Shown in pieces: positions 57,527 through 64,000 of a stretch of 64,000 bases of DNA. The stretch is from the human T2T-CHM13v2.0 reference genome, Homo sapiens. The position numbers were made by a program, and so were the translations under genes. The DNA is taken from positions 34,304,001-34,368,000 of the forward strand of contig CP068257.2 of NCBI GenBank assembly GCA_009914755.4, in the 5' to 3' direction. Numbering within the stretch: position 1 is the stretch's first letter; each line of letters starts with the position of its first letter. The notes beneath the pieces are model-generated. The model was not told the origin of the DNA and searched no databases. It worked only from the letters and a program-made list of their open reading frames with translations.

Positions 57527-57833
57527 TTTTGGTTTTGGTTTTGTTTTGACACAGGGTCTTGTTCTGTTGCCCAGGCTGGATGGAGTACAGTGGTGCAATC
57601 ACAGCTCACCGCAGCTTCAAACTCCTGGGCTCAAGCAATCCTCCCATGTCAGCCTCTCATGTAGCTGGGACCACAGGCACGTGCCACCACACCAGTCTAA
57701 TATTTTTTATTTTTTTGTAGAGACAGTCTCACTTTGTTTCCCAGGCTGGTCTCAAACTCCTGGGCTCAAGCAATCCTCCTGCCTCAGCCTCCAAAGTGCT
57801 GGGATTACAGGTATGAGCCCCTGTGGCCTGCCC
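57527..57833 (-). mobile_element. Older Alu (AluJ-like, antisense) with a (TTTTGG)n leader
   Basis: gacacagggtcttgttctgttgcccaggctggatggagtacagtggtgcaatcacagctcaccgcagcttcaaactcctgggctcaagcaatcctccc ... Confidence 0.85.
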
Positions 57834-58194
57834 AGTTTTTCAAATGTATCGATTACACTTCAATAAAGCTGTTTTCCAAATAAAATGAAAAAGAAAACTC
57901 AACCATAGCGGGCGATGGGCTGTGAAGTGGGAGGGAGGATTCCTCCATGGCTCCCCGACTTTGAACTTGGATGCCTAGGTAAATGGCAAACCAGGGAAGA
58001 CACAATAGAGGCGGGTATTGGTGGATTTCCACCCACAACTGCCCCACATAGGCAACCGCTATATGAAATGTTATCACCTCTTCGTTCATGATATATATAT
58101 GCAGTGATGTGATGGTAAATGTTTAGCAACCATATCTCCAAAAAATTGAATGTATGCGTGTGGGTATGTGTGTCTATTCCTGTACAAGTTTACT

Positions 58195-58420
58195 ACAAAT
58201 TTTTAAAATTTTTTCCCAGCTTCATTAAGGTATAATTGACAAATCAAAAGTATACATATTTATAGTGTATAATGTGATGTTTTGGTCTGTGTACACATTG
58301 TAAAAGATTAAATCAAGCTAACATATCCATCACCTCACCTCACATACTTAGCTTATGTTTGTGGTAAGAATACTTAAGATCTACTCTCTTAGCAATTTTA
58401 AGTATATGATACTGTTATGA
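58195..58420 (+). mobile_element. Ancient L1 (L1M-type) 3'UTR fragment
   Basis: cagcttcattaaggtataattgacaaatcaaaagtatacatatttatagtgtataatgtgatgttttggtctgtgtacacattgtaaaagattaaatcaagctaacatatccatcacctcacctcacatac resembles remembered L1M 3'-end sequence. Confidence 0.35.
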
Positions 58421-58426
58421 TCTGAA

Positions 58427-58772
58427 TGTGTGTGTCCCTCCAAAATGCACATGTTGAAGCCTAATCCCCAATGCAATAGTCTTAAGGGACCTTTAGGAGG
58501 TGAGGAGATCACTGGGGTGGAGCCCTCGCAGATGAGATTAGTGCCCTTATAAAAGAGAACTGAGGAAGCTTGTTCTTCCCTTCTGCCCTGTGAGGACCCA
58601 GCTAGAAGGCATCATCTATGAAGCAGAGAGCAAACCCTCATTAGACACTGAATCTTCTAGCACCTTGATCTTGGACTTCCTCAGCCTCCAGAACTGTAAG
58701 CAATAAATTTCTGTTGTTTGTAAGCCACTCAGTTTATGATATTTTGTTATAGCAACCCAAACAGACCAAGAC
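58427..58772 (+). mobile_element. ERVL-MaLR-type solo LTR
   Basis: tgtgtgtccctccaaaatgcacatgttgaagcctaatcccc ... cttgatcttggacttcctcagcctccagaactgtaagcaataaatttctgttgtttgtaagccactcagtttatgatattttgttatagcaacccaaacagaccaagaca. Confidence 0.5.
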
Positions 58773-59391
58773 AAATACATTAACTATAGTTATCATGCTG
58801 TGTCTTATAAATTTTTTGACATGAAGGATGTATAGCACACAATTTACAAATAATAAGATTGCCTTTTATGTAAATCGGTAAAGTCAATTGATTCTTACAG
58901 AATGGTTTTGTTGATTTTTGCCAAACCATTGTAATTGCAGCCAACATATGGCTGCAACTGATGAACAAGTGTAGCTCCAATATGAATGCTGGTTAATATT
59001 TTTGTTTTACATTAACAAGTAAGAAGAAAGCAAAATAAATGACAAAGACATATGGTGGAAAACATTTTCATCATTCATAAGGGCGACTCTTTGTTAAATC
59101 AGGTAGTAGTTGTCAAATACTAGAAGACTGTTTCCTCAATTTTTGTGCCATTTACAATGCAGCAGCTGAAGACATGACAAACTTTTAAGTCGAATCTGCA
59201 TGATTAACATTTCCCCACACTTCCTTGTGTCTAGATAATCAACAAAACAAGCAAGCTCTGATTGGCAGAATTTGTCAATTTTTTTGGTGTAAATACTCCC
59301 ATTGTGGCATATTCCAGGCTACCAAGGTGATGTCACTGAACACAGAGTTGCAAAGAGATGTACAGTAGCACACCAGAGTATTGTATTTTCA

Positions 59392-59722
<331 letters not shown>

Positions 59723-60323
59723 CTATAAATAACCTTAAAAGCACAGCTAATAATAAAAGGCAGTAAAATGATTAAGAAATGATGAGCTTAGAATGTTATC
59801 ATCAAATTCAATATAATTTATTTAACAATAAGTGTAATTAATTTTGAATCATGGCTGTGTTTAACAACTGGCTTGCAAAATTCCTGAAAAGTTAACGGTT
59901 GGCTCTTGCATGCCAGTTCAGCCCAGCCCCAATGCACCGTGACATAAATGCCCAAACAATATGTTATTTTTTGTACTTTAAAAAATGGTAATATGCTGCA
60001 TGCAATCTGGGAGTTGCTTTTTCATACCACATTATGTCACTCTTGTCTTTTGACCCTCAACATCATCCTTGCCCCTTCTTTGCTCTCAGCTGATGTATCA
60101 CAGGATGGGGCAGCCTGGGAACAGCCCTTAGGGTCTCTGTTCTGAGATCATCAGTGAGAAGCACATGGTGGGACAAAGACAGATTTCACTCTTCCTGGGG
60201 CAGCGACAGCGGCAGATAACCGGGCTTCTGCAGTAGCAACAGTGGCTTCCTGATACCTCCTGACTTCTGAGGAGCACCACCTCCCTTGGCTTTTGCTCCC
60301 TGACCATCCTTTGCAACCATTTT

Positions 60324-60517
60324 TTCTTTCTTTTTTTTTTTTTTTTTGAGACAGAATCTCACTGTCGCCCAGGCTGGAGTACAGTAGCACAATCTCTGCT
60401 CACTGCAACCTCCGCCACCCGAGTTCAAACGATTCTCCTGACTCAGGCACCCGCCCCCATGCTTGGCTAATTTTTGTATTTTGAGTAGAGACGGGGTTCA
60501 CCACGTTGGCCAGGATG
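60324..60517 (-). mobile_element. 5'-truncated Alu (antisense) lacking about 95 nt of its 5' end, with 15-bp TSD ccttgcaaccatttt
   Basis: Poly-T, then gagacagaatctcactgtcgcccaggctggagtacagtagcacaatctctgctcactgcaacctcc ... gagacggggttcaccacgttggccaggatgg. Direct repeats at 60308-60323 and 60518-60532. Confidence 0.88.
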
Positions 60518-62044
60518 GCCTTGCAACCATTTTCTAGGCACCTAATTTCCTGAAGTAAACCCTTCCTGCTGGAAATATACAGAATGGTTTCTGGTTCTCA
60601 GACTAAAAGGCTAGAATGTATTCATGTTAATGCTTGTTGCCTACTTTCATCATTTTCACTGTGGTATAATGTTCCGTTTTGTGGCCATATCCCACAGGAT
60701 TCTCCCTAACTTGGCTCCATTTTACACCCTGCCTGCCCAGCCTCTGATACTTTTCATAGCCAGTGTTCTCAGATTAGATTAATAGAGACCGTGCTGCGGT
60801 GTTTACCCAAATGGTTCTCATGCTTACCCATTAGCGTCCTCAATCCTTGATCTCATTCCCCCTCCTTTTCCCATAGATGAACCGGTGGATCCTGCTTTCC
60901 AGTCTGTCACCCTTGGCATACAGGCTACCACGAGTTGAAGGAGGGTCTATTGCTGGAGAAGACTGGTTCATAGGAGTCCGCTCAGGCTCGCAGCTGCCAA
61001 CATGAAAAAAAAAAAATCATCTCAGAAAAATGTAGCTCAGCTGCTTACAATAAGTCATTGTTATACCTACGTTTATCATTGTGGGGCACAGATGCAACCG
61101 TTTCTCTGTGCTAACAAGCTGATTAAGCTCAGCCAGGACTTTTCCAGAGGGGTCCTCCCTCTCCCCACATAATCTATGTTGAGATGCTCAGCACAGAAGT
61201 TAGTGCATTGCTGGAACAAAAAGAAGTCTCTCTTTAGAGGGTTCCTAGCATCACCGCAACTCCCAATTCTCCTCTACCTCTTTGTATTCCTTTGTATCAT
61301 TCATTCCTCGTTCCATGTTTCGTGTCACTGAGCCTTTCAAAGAGGGCAGATACAGCTCTCTATATTTCACAGAGAGCTCTAGAATTGCAATTACATCCAT
61401 GACACATATTTTCATACCCCTCAATTCTAGGGCACTCATAGACCACAGTAAGAGATGCTCCTGCTCATTCTGAGGAACACCAACAGGCAAGATGCACCCC
61501 CTGACTGCCCCACCAAGAGCAGACCATCTGCCCTCTCTGACGGCATGCTTCACTCTGTCAACATGAAATGGCATGTTGTTCCTGAACATCCCATGATGGT
61601 CTGTGCTTCTGTGCCTTTTGCCTATCCTATTTCTGCTTCTGGGCACACTTTTTCTCTCCTTGCCTTTGGGTTGAAGCCCTACTCACCCTTTTACACCCAG
61701 TTCATTCTGAGTTGGACTTCTGGAAGGATCAGAAAGTATCCTCCATGCAGACACCACACATCACTTCACCCTTTTTCCCAAGGCAAACAACACTAACCTA
61801 GTCCAGGTCATGTTCCTGTTAGGCCCAGGTATGCCTCAAAAACTCTAGCAGAACAGCACCCCAGGCAGCATTTCCCAGTCAATCACATGAGCAAGCAAGA
61901 TACACGCCTCTCTGTGTCCCTGTCTAGGTTTCTTCCGTGTCCCTGTCTAGGTTTCTTCCTTTTCTGGAGACAGGCTAGGGACTGGCAGCTGTGACTGTGT
62001 ATTGCTAAGTGCAATTCCAGGAGTCTGCAGAATGGAAGGCACAA

Positions 62045-62046
<2 letters not shown>

Positions 62047-62078
<32 letters not shown>

Positions 62079-62355
62079 CAGAGTTTCACTTCATCACCTA
62101 GGCTGGAATGCAGTGGCGTGACCTCGGCTCATTGCAACCTTGGCCTCCTGGCTTCAAGCAATTCTTGTGCCTCAGCCTCCCTAGTAGCTAAGATTACAGG
62201 CATGCATCAACACGCCCAGCTAATTTTTGTATTTTAGTAGAGACGGAGTTTCACCATGTTGGCCCAGGCTGGTCTCAAACTCCTGACCTCAAGTGATCCT
62301 CCCATCTCGGCCTCCCAAAGTGCCGGGATTACAGGTGTGAGCCACTGCGACCAGC
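62047..62355 (-). mobile_element. Alu SINE (antisense) with a 33-nt poly-T leader
   Basis: Alu reverse-complement match. Confidence 0.9.
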
Positions 62356-63263
62356 CAGGAGCCAAATCCTTGATGCCTCCACAGCCCGAGGCCAAGCAGG
62401 CCTCCCTCTTCCTGTGCTCCCTGATCTGTGCTAAGATCAGGTGCTCCCTCTATTCCCCAATCCTAACCCACTTGGATGCACATGTGATTTTAGTACAGCT
62501 TCCTTTAATTTCATGTTTAATGATTTTTCGTACTACAACTCTTTTTTGTCAGAGCTGTATTTCTATGCTTTTTACCTTCATTGGCAAAGCTTCTGGAAAC
62601 AAAGTATGTTAATGAAATTTTAAAAATAAAAAAATTACATAAAACCCAATTCAGGTATCTCCACTTCCATAAAGCTTTCTCAAACACCACCAATCTGAAA
62701 TACCCTATTCCATGACCTCTGCACATTGTATAGGATTCTTTATGCCCTTGAGGGATGAGGTAAAGTCTTCCCCCTTAATTTCTGTCACTTTAAGAGCAAA
62801 CGTAGTAACAGACAAGGAGCAGACTTACTGTTTACCATAAGAGCTGTAGATTCCCAAGTTCAGTGTTCATCAGCTAAAATGTAAACTCACTACATGCTTA
62901 GCATTCACGTTGGCACATCCAGGTTACCCCTGTGGGACTTGAGGGGCAAGGGGAACCAGTGCCAACATGACGCTCATTCAGCTTGCTGTGCCATGAATAA
63001 TAAAGTCCTTTGTCTCTGACCCAGGGATCTTGTGTCTTCTGCCAGCATCCATAAAACAGTAACAAGCTAACTTATTAGCTTGTAAGTAGAGTAAAATCTC
63101 AGACCCTTTGCAGGTCCTGGTCTGAGTTCATGCCTTTTCTTCTTTGGGACTGGCCCCAGAGTCCAGCATAGGTCCTGATTACTATATATGTAGAAAGTAA
63201 TCAAGTTCAATGGACTAGACTGAGGACAGGGAACTTTCCTTCTACTGAATACCACTTAGCCCA

Positions 63264-63507
63264 GTGTTTCTCTTTTTTTTTTTTTTTTGGCCCAGTATTT
63301 CTTAACCTCAGCACTACTGACATTTGGAACCAGATAATTCTCTATTGTAGGGGGGCTGTTCTGTGCATGATAGGATATTTAGTAGCATCCCTGGCCTCTA
63401 CACAGTAGATGTCAGTAATACCCACCCCCAATCAAAAATGTCTCCAGACATTGCCAAATGTTCCCTGGCAGAGCAGTCTCATCCTCTACCCTCACCACTG
63501 AAAACCA
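63264..63507 (+). mobile_element. Palindromic MITE-like repeat, same family as 41818-42032. Its 5' end is interrupted by a 17-nt poly-T (63273-63289) flanked by a 13-14 bp direct repeat.
   Basis: ggcccagtatttcttaacctcagcactactgacatttggaaccagataattctctattgtaggggggctgttctgtgcatgataggatatttagtagcatccctggcctctacacagtagatgtcagtaatacccacccccaatcaaaaatgtctccagacattgccaaatgttccctggcagagc. Confidence 0.5.
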
Positions 63508-64000
63508 CTTATTTTACCTATGCAGAAGTGGGGGTGGGGTGGGGAGGAGGAAGCAAGGGGTTATAACTAAATTATCATTTAGTGGAGTTTGAGATGCTAA
63601 TGTACCGGAGAGGTATAGAAATATTGCACTCACCTGCCTATTCACTCAAGGATCACACATGATAAGTCATGACATATTGCAGCCAACAGTAAAACACAAT
63701 CGTCGTGAGCACCCATGGGTGCCGGGCAGGAGCGTCCACCGTTCATCCACACCCTCAGCCATTCTGTGAAGTGGGCATTTCCACTCTGCAAGAACCTGAG
63801 GCACAGGGAGGTCACGTGCCTTGCCGAGGGGAAGAGTTTGGACTTGAACGCAGAGCTGTTGATCTCTGTTGCACTTGTTCTTAATCATTAACCTATTGTT
63901 AATGATCCGACAAAGAACGTGGGGGATGACATGGAAGAGAGGGGATTGGAAGTTATGAAATGGGAAACCAAAGTTTACTTTGAGGGGAAAAAAAAGTCAA

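Overview
This window is primate, almost certainly human, nuclear DNA. It is not a prokaryotic or accessory-element locus. It is AT-rich and strongly CpG-depleted. It carries about 30 Alu insertions, including free left monomers, 5'-truncated copies and one internally deleted copy. It also holds two L1 3'-end fragments, at least eight ERVL-MaLR-type solo LTRs (one THE1-like, one MLT1-like), two copies of a palindromic MITE-like repeat, a MADE1 (Hsmar1-derived) MITE, a degenerate mariner-like transposase remnant, and many micro- and minisatellites. I found no convincing protein-coding exon, CpG island, tRNA or rRNA gene. Nearly every ORF of 60 aa or more in the supplied track overlaps an Alu, an LTR or a low-complexity repeat. 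The window looks like gene-desert or deep-intron sequence. The structural curiosities worth a second look are listed below. The first is a near-perfect 58-bp-arm palindrome carrying a MADE1 insertion, which is a candidate miR-548-family hairpin. The second is an Alu-mediated 341-bp tandem duplication. The others are a 570-bp CA-rich minisatellite that creates spurious 200-aa ORFs, a 25-bp AT-rich minisatellite, a 40-bp x3 tandem repeat with CCAAT motifs and retained CpGs, closely spaced inverted Alu pairs, and a poly(T)-only insertion with a target-site duplication. All calls rest on my reading of the sequence and remembered repeat consensus. Family names, especially among the MaLR LTRs, are approximate and need RepeatMasker/Dfam confirmation.
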